Positions 32,804 through 42,868 of a DNA stretch of 64,000 nucleotides are shown in pieces. Source of the DNA: Candidatus Bathyarchaeota archaeon. GTDB taxonomy: Archaea; Thermoproteota; Bathyarchaeia; Bathyarchaeales; DTEX01. Both the position numbers and the translations under genes were made by a program. Positions within the stretch are counted from its first letter, which is position 1. Every line of letters begins with the position of its first letter. The notes under the pieces are model-generated. The model was not told the DNA's origin. It searched no databases and saw only the letters and a list, made by a program, of their open reading frames with translations. The DNA is taken from NCBI GenBank assembly GCA_963714275.1, contig CAVQNT010000001.1, positions 1 through 64,000 on the forward strand. Direction: 5' to 3'.

Positions 32804-32860
32804 GCCTGTGATGAGGGATAGAGCCGTCTGAAAAAGTGATGACCACTTATCCTCTGAGGC
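32804..32860 (+). ncRNA. Box C/D methylation guide sRNA
   Basis: gcc..ggc terminal stem; C GTGATGA 32808-32814; D' CTGA 32828-32831; C' GTGATGA 32836-32842; D CTGA 32854-32857; TTTATGAA box 32773-32780. Confidence 0.88.
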
Positions 32861-32880
32861 TTCAACCAAAGAACTGCGGA

Positions 32881-33708
32881 CTAGACTCCGGCGTAGGCTG
32901 AGAATCCTCCGTCAACGGGAACAACGATTCCGGTGACAAAAGAGGCGTCTTCTGACAACAGGTAAAGAACTGTGCCCACGAGGTCTTCGGGTTCGCCGAA
33001 TCTTCCCATAGGCGTGTGTTCAAGCACAGACTTCCCTCTGGGAGTAGGGGTGCCGTCCTCGTTCATGAGCAGGTATTTGGTTTGAATCGTGACGAAGAAG
33101 CCCGGCGCAACAGCGTTGACTCGGATTTTATGTGAGTGGTTCTGAGCCATGTGAACAGCGAGCCACTGCGTAAAGTTTGAGACGCCCGCCTTCGACGCTG
33201 AGTAGCCCGGAATCTTGGTCAACGGTCTGAAAGCGTTCATCGAGGAAAAGTTTACGATAGCTCCTTCGCCCTTCTCAGCCAACACCTTACCAAAAACCTG
33301 AGATGGAATAATTGTGCCCAAAAGATTCAGGTCAACGACGAACTCTAAAGCGTCCTGCGGGATGTCAAAGAACGATTGAGTTTGACTTGAGGAAGCCCGC
33401 GGAACGTTACCTCCTGCGCCATTTATTAGAAAGTCGACAGTCCCAAAAGCCTCAAGAACCTTTCTGCAGGCTTCGTCCACGCTTGCACGGTCCGTAACAT
33501 CCGCCGCGACTGCTATGGCTTTTCCGCCTTTTTCCTTTATGATTTTTGCTACCTTTTCAGCTGCGTCCTCTCGGATATCCAAAACTGCGACAGAAGCTCC
33601 CTCCGCAGCCAGAGCCTCAGCGACAACTGAACAAAGGACGCCGCCAGCGCCTGTGACAACCGCAACCTTGCCTTCAAACCGCTTTCTTTGTTGCTTCATT
33701 TTGTGCAT
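32881..33708 (-). CDS. SDR oxidoreductase, D-mannonate/fructuronate reductase-like
   Basis: TGAGGVLC, NGAGGN, SSMNAFRPLTKIPGYSASK, WLAVHMA. Confidence 0.85.
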   Translation of the reverse strand: MHKMKQQRKRFEGKVAVVTGAGGVLCSVVAEALAAEGASVAVLDIREDAAEKVAKIIKEKGGKAIAVAADVTDRASVDEACRKVLEAFGTVDFLINGAGGNVPRASSSQTQSFFDIPQDALEFVVDLNLLGTIIPSQVFGKVLAEKGEGAIVNFSSMNAFRPLTKIPGYSASKAGVSNFTQWLAVHMAQNHSHKIRVNAVAPGFFVTIQTKYLLMNEDGTPTPRGKSVLEHTPMGRFGEPEDLVGTVLYLLSEDASFVTGIVVPVDGGFSAYAGV

Positions 33709-33773
33709 CCCATTTTATGAAATTGCTTCAACGCATAATAAATTATGCAGTGGGCTTGCTGGTAAGTTGTAGG

Positions 33774-34574
33774 CTAGCCTTTACGGAACTGTTCTATCTC
33801 TTCTTGTATTGCGTTTTTCGCTGTCCTTTCTGAAACTGGACCGAAGAACTTCATTTTGCCGTTGACTAGGGGTTCAGTTGTTCCGTACCTGTGGACCGTT
33901 TCGAGCGTTGCGTCCAACTCCACTATTTTGATTTTGTCTCCGAAGCTTTCCGCAACTTTTCTTATCATGTAGTACATGTAGGCTCCGACTGGGCACATGA
34001 AGTTTCTGAAAAACGTTACTTCGACTTTGTCGGTCGCTGGCTTATAGTCCAGACCTACGATTTTGACTGCTATGTTTTCCTTTGTTAGGGGGTAATACAT
34101 GACCTTGAAAGGCGGATGCTCCTTGATTGTCTGGAAGCCCTGCTTCAGAAAGTCCTTATATGACATGTACAAGTCCAAGTCCGTGGCAGAAACCAGTATG
34201 CCCTTGAATCCTTGTTTTTTTAGGTCATTTTTCATGTAGTCAAGCATCATTCTGCCATGTCCCTTATGTTTGTAATCCTGCAAGAGCTCGGTACAATAGA
34301 TGCAGGCAACCATGGGTTCAATTTCGTATGGAAGAAGAGCCTTCTCCGACCTTACCCAGTAGATTAAGCCAACAACCTTGTCTCCATCTAACAAGTGGTA
34401 ACCTTCAATATGCCTTCCCAAATTTGTTTTGAACCACTCTCTAGATTCAAGTAAACATTCAGCCCATCCAACATTGGGCGGGAACTCTTCAGCGCAACAG
34501 TACGTAGTCCCCAAATCCTCTATGGTTGTTCTTTTGACCTGCAATTTGAATAGTCTCTCCCGTAAACATTCCAT
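33774..34574 (-). CDS. GNAT acetyltransferase with C-terminal thioredoxin-like domain
   Basis: YKHKGHG motif; FMCP in C-terminal domain. Confidence 0.7.
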   Translation of the reverse strand: MECLRERLFKLQVKRTTIEDLGTTYCCAEEFPPNVGWAECLLESREWFKTNLGRHIEGYHLLDGDKVVGLIYWVRSEKALLPYEIEPMVACIYCTELLQDYKHKGHGRMMLDYMKNDLKKQGFKGILVSATDLDLYMSYKDFLKQGFQTIKEHPPFKVMYYPLTKENIAVKIVGLDYKPATDKVEVTFFRNFMCPVGAYMYYMIRKVAESFGDKIKIVELDATLETVHRYGTTEPLVNGKMKFFGPVSERTAKNAIQEEIEQFRKG

Positions 34575-34632
34575 AATATAAAAAAGAAATATTTAGGTTT
34601 ACGATTTGTCGCGGTTTTTTTGTTGGTTTTGG

Positions 34633-35295
34633 TTAGTATTTGTTAACTTCGTCGCAGTCTCTTGTTTTTGTTAGGACGAGGAGGAAAACGTTTTTTGGTA
34701 CCAATAATTCATCCACGTTTCTGATGGCTTCAATGTATTGGTTTACGGCGTCAGCATCCACATCTTGGCTCAGCTTCAATTCGTCGATGTCTTCGAAAAT
34801 AACTTTTTTACCAATAGATTCTAGGTCGCTTTTCGAGATTTCCAGATCGTCAATTCCGCCGATTCTTATGATGTTCTGGTCTTGGGCTTTTTGTTCCTCA
34901 ACAGAATATCGCATAACGTTATGGCAGCCTTTCACTTTTTTCATCGCGTCCAAGTACAATGGTTCAGGCACCTGCACGTTGTCGCATTCTTCGATCGACA
35001 GCACATTGTTTTCGAAGACTTCTTTGTCAATGTCCTTGGCGAATTTTAGGTTCATAACTTCTTTGAACGCCACTTTTCCGAGTTCCATAAGGTCCTTTTT
35101 GGTGACTGTGACGTTGTCCATGTTTTCGCCAAAGACTGTTGAGGCTCCTTGAACTTGGTTCAGGTACGACCTCATCGCGTCGTTCATCAGGTCGGAGACG
35201 TTTTTGCCTGTTTCTTTAGCTTTTGCGAGTATTTTATTGTAGAGTTCTGTTTCGAGTCCCCTTATTGCGGTTACATCTTTCTGTTCACTCGACAT
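34633..35295 (-). CDS. Ribbon-helix-helix-like N-terminus plus two tandem ~65-aa repeats
   Basis: TAIRGLETELY..AKETGKNVSDLMNDAMRSYL; repeats TVTKKDL.../EISKSDL...; GGTGG SD before MSSE start. Confidence 0.7.
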   Translation of the reverse strand: MSSEQKDVTAIRGLETELYNKILAKAKETGKNVSDLMNDAMRSYLNQVQGASTVFGENMDNVTVTKKDLMELGKVAFKEVMNLKFAKDIDKEVFENNVLSIEECDNVQVPEPLYLDAMKKVKGCHNVMRYSVEEQKAQDQNIIRIGGIDDLEISKSDLESIGKKVIFEDIDELKLSQDVDADAVNQYIEAIRNVDELLVPKNVFLLVLTKTRDCDEVNKY

Positions 35296-35382
35296 CTTAA
35301 ACCACCTAAACATGTATAACAAGTAAACAAGTTAACATATAATGCTTGTGGAGGAAACTTCCATAACAAGCCAAAGTGCTCT

Positions 35383-37305
35383 TTATTCTGCCTTGTTGAT
35401 TTTCCACACTAAGAACTCTGTTCCGACCGCTGCGAGAAGCCTGAAAGTGCCCCATAATCCCTTGAAGCCGCCATTATGTGGTAGAAATCGCTTCAACAGT
35501 TCCCTCTTGGACACATGCCCCCTTTCGCTAATCAATTTCATGTCGACATCTAAATTTATGGTTGAATAATGCTGTTTTCCGCGCATGATCCGTATGTACT
35601 CAACCGAATTCTTGGTGGTTTCCACAACGAAGCTGATGGCTGCATCATCGTCAAGGTTCAAAGTGCACTGGATCGTTTGCGGTCCAAGGATTCTGAGGAA
35701 CCGCGACATCTCTAAAACGTTGTGCACTCCTACCCTTCTGGTGTATTCTTCCACTCGGGGATCAGGGTAAGCTTCCAGGAAAATCTTTACGTATAGACCG
35801 AAGTTATCCCTCTTAAGGCTTTTCCCAGCGTGGCTAATGAACTGCATATCGTTTGCTCTTTCAAGTATGAAGTTAGCCAACGGCAGTTTTCTTCTAGTTC
35901 TTCGCTGAGAAACCATTTCCCGATCAATGAACGTATCTATATTCCAAAACTTAGCCATGCAGTAGGTGGCCAGCTCCTCAATCTTCTCCTTAGACAGATG
36001 CTTTGTAATATAAACCGAGTGCATTTCGTCGAAATTTTCCCAGTTGGTCTCAAATATCAATCCTTCCTTGTCCAGTTCTTCGTAGAATTTGGTACCTGGA
36101 AACGGGGTCACGACGCCAAAAGCAGCACCCGTCATTCCAATCTCTCTAGCGTAAACCGGGAAGTATCTAATCTCTTCCTCTGTCTGATCCGGAAGACCTA
36201 TAACGAAAGTTCCGCCTGCACTTCCACCATACTTGCGTATATTATGCACCGCTTCCCTGTGAATCTTTGTAGTTATGCCCTTTTTCGTCGATTCCAAGTC
36301 TCTTGGGTTTGGGCTTTCTATGCCCATCTCGAAATAGAGTATCCCCGCTTCGCACATCTTTTTCACAATGCCGGGATACTTTGCCATATGATCCGTTCTA
36401 ACAAGCGCCATGAACTCCATGTTCAAGTCGTGGTCCCGGAGGAGATCACAGAGATGTTCCACTCTTGATGGCTTGCCCATGAAGTTCGGATCAACAATGA
36501 ATCCGATGACCCGTCTCCCCTTATGGAACCTGTCTATCTCAAGAATCTCCTTCACGACATTCTCTGGGGAACGCCATCTGAAATGCCCTCGGCTCATGCT
36601 AGGCTCACAGCAGAACGTGCACTGTCCGTAGCACCCTCGTGAGGTCAGAATCGCGTCGTAATCGGTTTTTCGGTCTTGCGCCTTGTACGAATAGTGTCTC
36701 AGGTGCCGAGCGGGAAAGGGAAGGCTGTCTAGGTCTTTGATGAACGGTCTATTTTCATTGTGGATAATCTGGCTGGCTCGTCTGTAAGAGACTCCGAGTA
36801 CGCCCTCTGAACCTCCCTTTTCTATGATTTCCATCGCTGTAGCCTCTCCTTCGCCGCGAACAACCATGTCCACCTGAGGGTAGGAAAGCAGCAAGTCCGG
36901 GACGCCTGTAGGGTGGTATCCGCCGACCATGGTTGCGATCCCTCTTTTCTTGGCAATTTTCGCAAGGCGCAAGCCCTCGTTGTGTTCGGTTGCTGACAGG
37001 GAGATTCCTACGAGGTCTGGGCTGTACAGGTCGAGGATTTGCTGGAAACTTTGGTGTTCCATTTCCATGTCTATGATGTGAACTTCGTCGACCGAGTCCT
37101 CAATGTATGCCGCTATGTATTCTAAGCCAAGAGGTATCTGGTCCATTAGGAAACTTAGTCCGCTTTTTCCAGAAGGTTTCACCAGCAGAACTTTGTTGAA
37201 CGGCATAAAACAATCTAAGTCGATTCCATCTTTAAAAAACGTTCGCACAGCAATGACAGGAACTTTAGGTTTTCTTGCGCCGATAACCGCGATTATGGGA
37301 ATCAT
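35383..37305 (-). CDS. B12-binding radical SAM enzyme (class B methyltransferase-like)
   Basis: PLGLEY, GGYHPT, RGEGE, SRGCYGQCTFC, GIES, TPFPGT. Confidence 0.92.
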   Translation of the reverse strand: MIPIIAVIGARKPKVPVIAVRTFFKDGIDLDCFMPFNKVLLVKPSGKSGLSFLMDQIPLGLEYIAAYIEDSVDEVHIIDMEMEHQSFQQILDLYSPDLVGISLSATEHNEGLRLAKIAKKRGIATMVGGYHPTGVPDLLLSYPQVDMVVRGEGEATAMEIIEKGGSEGVLGVSYRRASQIIHNENRPFIKDLDSLPFPARHLRHYSYKAQDRKTDYDAILTSRGCYGQCTFCCEPSMSRGHFRWRSPENVVKEILEIDRFHKGRRVIGFIVDPNFMGKPSRVEHLCDLLRDHDLNMEFMALVRTDHMAKYPGIVKKMCEAGILYFEMGIESPNPRDLESTKKGITTKIHREAVHNIRKYGGSAGGTFVIGLPDQTEEEIRYFPVYAREIGMTGAAFGVVTPFPGTKFYEELDKEGLIFETNWENFDEMHSVYITKHLSKEKIEELATYCMAKFWNIDTFIDREMVSQRRTRRKLPLANFILERANDMQFISHAGKSLKRDNFGLYVKIFLEAYPDPRVEEYTRRVGVHNVLEMSRFLRILGPQTIQCTLNLDDDAAISFVVETTKNSVEYIRIMRGKQHYSTINLDVDMKLISERGHVSKRELLKRFLPHNGGFKGLWGTFRLLAAVGTEFLVWKINKAE

Positions 37306-37358
37306 CAGAACTCGTCGCTGAAGTGCCTATCGACATCTCTCCCATAATTATTACACAT

Positions 37359-38450
37359 TTATTCAACAGTAAATTTTAGAGTCCAGAGTTCCTCTCTGAA
37401 CGTTAGTATTTGGGTGTAAACTGTTTTCCCGGTTGCGTCGAAAGTGAGGATGTAGGTGTCTACGTGGACTTGAACCTCGTATTCTCCGGGATCAAGCCGA
37501 CCAAGGGGTATGAGGACGAGTGGATTAATGAGCGCTTCTGTGACGGCTACGCCTTCGCCGGGGTTCGTGAAGTTCACTTCGAACCTGAGCTTAACCGGGT
37601 ATGATTCCAACCAGCTAAACGATTTTACCTGTATGGCGTATCCTCCAGTCGGGTAGTCGCCCCGTGAGACGATTAGGCTAACGAAATCCTCGTTGGAAGC
37701 CGTTGTTGCCTCGTTTCCTTTAAGCATCCGCCAGTAATCGTCCACCATCCATATCGTGGGCAGCGTAGGATCGTGGTCAGTAACAATTATGTGGATGCCT
37801 CTCTCGAAGACTCCGACACCACCATAATTATCATAGACGGTTCTAGGCTCACCTTCAAAAGGCAAACTTGTCTTGAATTGTCGGCGAAGAAGCGTCCCCT
37901 TCCAAACGGTTGCGCCGTCCATTTTCACTGTTATAGTGTATTCCATGTTCACCGGTAGAACAACTGGGTAGCCGATTGTTACAGTTAAGCTGCCATCTTT
38001 GTAGACATAAGTTTCGTAACCCAGTAGACAATGTGGTGTAACGTTGCCTCCCGTCCAGTTCAACGTTAAAGGATCGGGAACCTTCAGCTCAAGAACGGTC
38101 CTTAGGTACAGCAACGCGTAGTCTCGGACAAAGGCGGGCTCCAAAAAAGCGTCCCGCCAAGCCTCATAAACGTCCTCCGCAAAACTTTGCCTCCAAGAAT
38201 AGCCACATCGGAGACATTTCCAGATGAAGTTTTCGCTTCTCGAGCCGACAGGTGTCAAGACATATGGTCCTGAAATATCGTGGGCACCTTCAGGGCAGAT
38301 TACGGGATTTTCAGAAACAGGCGTAATGCCAGCTAAAGCTAAGGTTGCTCCCGCTGAACAAATGATGGCAGCGACAATTAATACGGCAACAATCTTCGGG
38401 TTCAACGTGTCCTCGCCAATAAAATATGAAAACAACGGGTATAATACCAT
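37359..38450 (-). CDS. Secreted protein with PrcB-C-terminal-like domain
   Basis: N-terminal TM; CLRC; GDYPTGGYAIQV..VTEALINP. Confidence 0.65.
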   Translation of the reverse strand: MVLYPLFSYFIGEDTLNPKIVAVLIVAAIICSAGATLALAGITPVSENPVICPEGAHDISGPYVLTPVGSRSENFIWKCLRCGYSWRQSFAEDVYEAWRDAFLEPAFVRDYALLYLRTVLELKVPDPLTLNWTGGNVTPHCLLGYETYVYKDGSLTVTIGYPVVLPVNMEYTITVKMDGATVWKGTLLRRQFKTSLPFEGEPRTVYDNYGGVGVFERGIHIIVTDHDPTLPTIWMVDDYWRMLKGNEATTASNEDFVSLIVSRGDYPTGGYAIQVKSFSWLESYPVKLRFEVNFTNPGEGVAVTEALINPLVLIPLGRLDPGEYEVQVHVDTYILTFDATGKTVYTQILTFREELWTLKFTVE

Positions 38451-38567
38451 TGATCAGAACAATCTGTCCAAAAATTAGAACACGAAGGTTTGGTTGCGTC
38501 TAATGATTGTTATGGATTTTTTTAAATAGAATAGTCTTCATTCTTGTTAAGGTGGAGAAACTAAATA

Positions 38568-39337
38568 ATGGAACGCAAGGAAACCAACGCCCTATTTCAA
38601 CAATGGAAGAAAGAAGAGTCCGAACCTTTCATCGGCTGGGATTTCTCTCATATTACAGAAAGATGCGTGGAGGAGCAGCCACCTTAGTCCTACATGGAAT
38701 TGGCAAAAACCCTCATGTTGTCATCAAGGGCTGTTTTGGACCTTGGAACAGGAGGCGGCGAAAGGCTGCTTGCGATGAAAGACTGCTTTCCGAAACGTGT
38801 AGTAGCAACCGAGGGATTCCGCCGAACTATGTTTTGGCTCTCAGGAGACTTTCACCATACGGCGTCGAAGTTGTCCAAACAAAATCCTCGTCTTTGAAAG
38901 AAAAACTGCCCTTTGCTGACGGCGAGTTCGACTTAGTACTTAATCGGCATTCCGCCTACAATGCTTCAGAAGTCGCTAGGGTTCTAAAGTCTCACGGATT
39001 CTTCCTTACAGAGCAGGTTGACGGTAGAGACCTTGAGGACCTCTGTAAAGTTTTTGGTTGTAAGCCACAGTGGTCTTTCTTTACCTTAAATTTTGCGCTT
39101 AACACAATCAAGTCAACGGAACTCGTGGTGGTTGATGCCCAAGAATGGAAAGGAAAAACTGTCTTCAAAGATGTTGGGGCATTGGTGTATTTCCTTAAGG
39201 CTATTCCGTGGATTGTGCCGGGTTTCACCGTTAAGATACAGTTTGATAATCTTCTAAAGCTGCAAGAAAGGATAGAAAAGGAAGAAAAATTAACATTCAC
39301 TCAAAGGCTCTTCTTAATCAAAGCAGAAAAACCTTAA
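38568..39337 (+). pseudogene. Class I SAM methyltransferase, disrupted (indels plus in-frame TAG 38685-38687)
   Basis: Pieces GWDFS, PP*SY, VLDLGTGGGE, LPFADGEFDLVLNRH lie in different frames. Confidence 0.7.
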
Positions 39338-39449
39338 ACTTCAACATAATTACCTCGGGTTATCAATGCACTAAGCTAAGCCTTCTTAAAGTCCTTAATG
39401 GAAGCATCTTAATTTCGGGATTTTTTGTTTGCATGCTTTCTTGATAACA

Positions 39450-40802
39450 TCATTTACCTGCAAGTTTTACCTCTTTAATCTTAGCATAGGGGAAGAAGAA
39501 ACCTTTTCCCAAGGTTCGTCCCTCTTTGGATATAAGGTCAATGTCTTTGAACAGTTCCAGCACGTGCCCACCCGCCATCAGGTTTTTGATCGGATGCCTT
39601 TTCTCTCCGCCTTCAACGAGGAACCCTTCGTCTATTGTGCAGGAGAACTCGCCTGAAACGATGTTTGGCGTAAATCCCACGCTTGCAGCCAAGATGCCCT
39701 TCCTTGTTTCCGCGACCATCTCGTCCATTGTGCTTTCTCCGGGTTTGACTTGAACATTCGTCGGTCCTGTGCCCACGTAGCCACCGTAGCCTCCTCTCGC
39801 TGCATGCCCAGTTGTTTCGACCCCCATGATTCCAGCCGAATAGTAGTTGTGCAGAAAAGTTTTCACAACACCTCCGCCCACCACTTCGACCCGTCTTCTC
39901 GGCACGCCTTCACCGTCAAAGGCACCACTGGCAATCGCGCCAGGAATTGTGCCATCATCCACCACCCCAAACGTGGAAGGAGCAACCTGTTTTCCGAGGC
40001 AGCCCGAAGCGAATGTTCTTCCCTTGGCAACAGACTCACCTGAAATTGCGCCAAGCAGACCAAAGACAAGCGAAGCTGTCGATTCAGGCGTGAGGATTAT
40101 TGGCAGGTTTTCGCTTTCAATCCGTTTCGAACCGAACTGTTCGACGGCTTTTTCGGCTGCTTTTTTGCCGATTTTCTCGAAGTCCATTTCTGCCAGAGAG
40201 ATGGCGTCGTCGAACTCGGATGAACTTCCAACATCGTCGCCTTTTCTGTACGTGGGCGCTATGCTTGCGGATACGGATGTCTTTTCAGCCTCAACTGAGA
40301 CTCCTTTTGAGGTCATCAAGTAACCTTTCATGTGGCCAGCGTCTAATCCTCCGGCATACATGGCTCCTTGACGAATGTCCTCCACAGCCCCTATCATACT
40401 CTTGGTTAGCACCGCGGTTTCTTCTAATGTGAGAGAAACAATCTCGGAGTCGCAGAGTCCAGCAATCTTTGCTGCTTTCGAAGGACCCGGCATGCCCTTA
40501 AAGTATGGGTCAGGCTGAGCGACTGCAGCGAAATCGGCGGCTTGGCGAACCGTTGTTTCAACATCTTCAGCTTTCAAGCTTTGGGAGAAGGCGACCCCAA
40601 GTCCCTTGTTTTTGTAGGCTCTGACTCCTAGTCCCAAGTCAGTTCGGGACATGGATTCGTTTATTCCTTTGCCCAGAATTCCGACGCTCAACGAACGTGA
40701 GTAGGAAGCGTAGACATCGAAAAAGTCGAGACTTAATTTAGAAAGTAGTTTAACCGCTTTTTCAACCGGCGTTACCAAGTCAACCTTTTCCATGCCTGTC
40801 AC
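39450..40802 (-). CDS. pmbA: TldE/PmbA-family protein
   Basis: GLGVR, FDGEG, TTGHA, SGEFS; lacks the HExxGH motif. Confidence 0.88.
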   Translation of the reverse strand: MTGMEKVDLVTPVEKAVKLLSKLSLDFFDVYASYSRSLSVGILGKGINESMSRTDLGLGVRAYKNKGLGVAFSQSLKAEDVETTVRQAADFAAVAQPDPYFKGMPGPSKAAKIAGLCDSEIVSLTLEETAVLTKSMIGAVEDIRQGAMYAGGLDAGHMKGYLMTSKGVSVEAEKTSVSASIAPTYRKGDDVGSSSEFDDAISLAEMDFEKIGKKAAEKAVEQFGSKRIESENLPIILTPESTASLVFGLLGAISGESVAKGRTFASGCLGKQVAPSTFGVVDDGTIPGAIASGAFDGEGVPRRRVEVVGGGVVKTFLHNYYSAGIMGVETTGHAARGGYGGYVGTGPTNVQVKPGESTMDEMVAETRKGILAASVGFTPNIVSGEFSCTIDEGFLVEGGEKRHPIKNLMAGGHVLELFKDIDLISKEGRTLGKGFFFPYAKIKEVKLAGK

Positions 40803-42210
40803 CTCCTTCCTCCAACGACCACACCCTCAAACCTAATGTGCGGTGAACCCGCGTCAACGTACATGCCTTGCCCGCCTTTCCCGCACATTCCCGGCATATC
40901 AATCCTTAAGTCTTTAGCGACTGCCGTGACATTCTTGAGCGCGTCCAAGGTAAGGCCGTTGATGGCTACGTCTCTGAGGTGCTCCGTTAATTCTCCCTTT
41001 TCTATGAGCCACCCCTGTTCAACCTTGCATGTGAATTGACCTTTCTGGGTTTCAACGTAGCCATACTGTGACCCAGCCAAGTAGACTCCTGTTTTAATGT
41101 CTTCTAGGAGTTCTTCTAATGTCATGTCTCCAGCTGCGAAGTACGTGTTCGACATCCGTATGATGGGTGGAAAATGCTGGTTTTGGGCGCGGACGCTGCC
41201 CTGAGGTTTGCCGCCTAGCTTTGCAGCTGATTCTAAAGAGTGAAGGTAGCTGACTAAGGTTCCTTTATCGATAATGAGGTGCAGTTCAGCCTTGGTTCCT
41301 TCGTGATCGTAAACGTAACAGCCGTTCTTGGGAACTGTCGGGTCGTCTATAACCGAGACGAGGTCGCTTGCCACCTTCTGTCCCATCTTGTCGGAAATTA
41401 TGGACTGCCCTCCGAAGACGAGGTCACCTTCACTGTTGTGGCCGAAAGCTTCGTGGACGAAGAGTCCGCCTACTTCTGGGTCAACGACCACCGTGAATGT
41501 TCCTCTGGGAGGGGGATGAGCGTCAAGAAGTTTGACAGCTGTCTCAGCTGCCTTCACGGAGAACTGTTCAACCTGAATGGCGTCAACAATCTCGTAGCCA
41601 GCGACGTTTCCCTCTGATTCGAACCCGGTTTGCATGTTTTCGCCTTCTTTTGAGATTACGCTGCAGTAGACGTGGGTTCTGGGCGTCGTCTCCTCGATTG
41701 ATGTCCCGAATGAGTTGTTGGTTACCACTTTCGTAAGTACTTCCCTGTAGCTCATGAACGTGTCTTTCACTTTTTTGCTGTATGTTCGGGCAGCTTTTCG
41801 ATCTCTAGCATCCTTTTTACTTTTTCTTCCTCGCTTACGTTCTCGGGATTAATCTTAGGTTTGTGAACAACGGTGTCCGTAGCGGGCTTTTGGTCAACGA
41901 TTTTTGCTTCTTCCCCTGATTGTGCTGCTATGGACTTTGCTCCTCCTATGGCGTCCGTTAAAGCCTTTTCGACGCTTTGTTTTGTGGACACGTTTGTCGA
42001 CGCGAACCCCCATTTCCCGTTAACTATGACTCTGATTCCGACTCCGTGTAGGATGCCTGAGGACATTGATTTCGCAACGCCGTTTTCGACGGAAATATAT
42101 TTTGCTCTTTCCTCGAAGAACCTTGCTTCGCAGAACCTTGCTCCTGCCTTTTCTCCTTTCTTGACAACAGAGCCTAGCAGATCCCTCAACCGTAGCTCAC
42201 CAAGCAACAT
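40799..42210 (-). CDS. tldD: TldD-family metalloprotease (frameshift ~41770)
   Basis: GVGIRV..GKWGFAS, HEAFGH, RMSNTY, CGKGGQ. Confidence 0.9.
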
Positions 42211-42325
42211 CTACGTCGTCATGGTATAAAAACCGTTCATTTTCTCGGCATGCCTTTATTTATCCTGAGGGATTTATGAAACGTTTTATATTTACTTGTG
42301 TATATCTTTCTTTTTAAGATGAAAA

Positions 42326-42868
42326 ATGAGCAAAGAAGAAGTTGTTTGGATTTTTAGGGACCTTCTACGATGCAGCGGATGCCGAAGATGCGAGCTTGCC
42401 TGTTCACTGCACCACGAGGGAAAAATGTGGCCTGAAGCTTCAAGAATAAGAGTCTTCATGCTTTTCCCCGGAGCTGAAGTGCCCCACCTTTGCAGCCAAT
42501 GCCACGACTACCCATGCGTCGCTTCTTGCCCAGTCAAAGCGCTTTCGGTTGACAAAGACACCATGGCGGTCAGGGTTAACAGAAAAAAATGCATAAGCTG
42601 CGGAAAATGCATAGACGCCTGCCCCGGCAACATTCCCTTCCTTCACCCCGGCGACAACAAGGCAACAATATGCGACCTTTGCGGCGGAGACCCCGAATGC
42701 GTTAAGGTCTGCCGCGAAGCAAGGTTCGACGCGCTTTGGTTGATTAGACAACGGAAAGAGTGGGTTGAAGGAAACTTGAATAGGAAACTTTTCGCCCAGA
42801 AACCTGAGGACCTCACCAAGGACATTGCGGAAAACATCTACGGAGAAAAAGCGAAGGAGCTGGTCTAA
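42326..42868 (+). CDS. Four-cluster [4Fe-4S] subunit (DmsB/WOR5S-like)
   Basis: CSGCRRCELAC, CSQCHDYPCVASCP, CISCGKCIDACP, CDLC...CVKVC. Confidence 0.92.
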   Translation: MSKEEVVWIFRDLLRCSGCRRCELACSLHHEGKMWPEASRIRVFMLFPGAEVPHLCSQCHDYPCVASCPVKALSVDKDTMAVRVNRKKCISCGKCIDACPGNIPFLHPGDNKATICDLCGGDPECVKVCREARFDALWLIRQRKEWVEGNLNRKLFAQKPEDLTKDIAENIYGEKAKELV

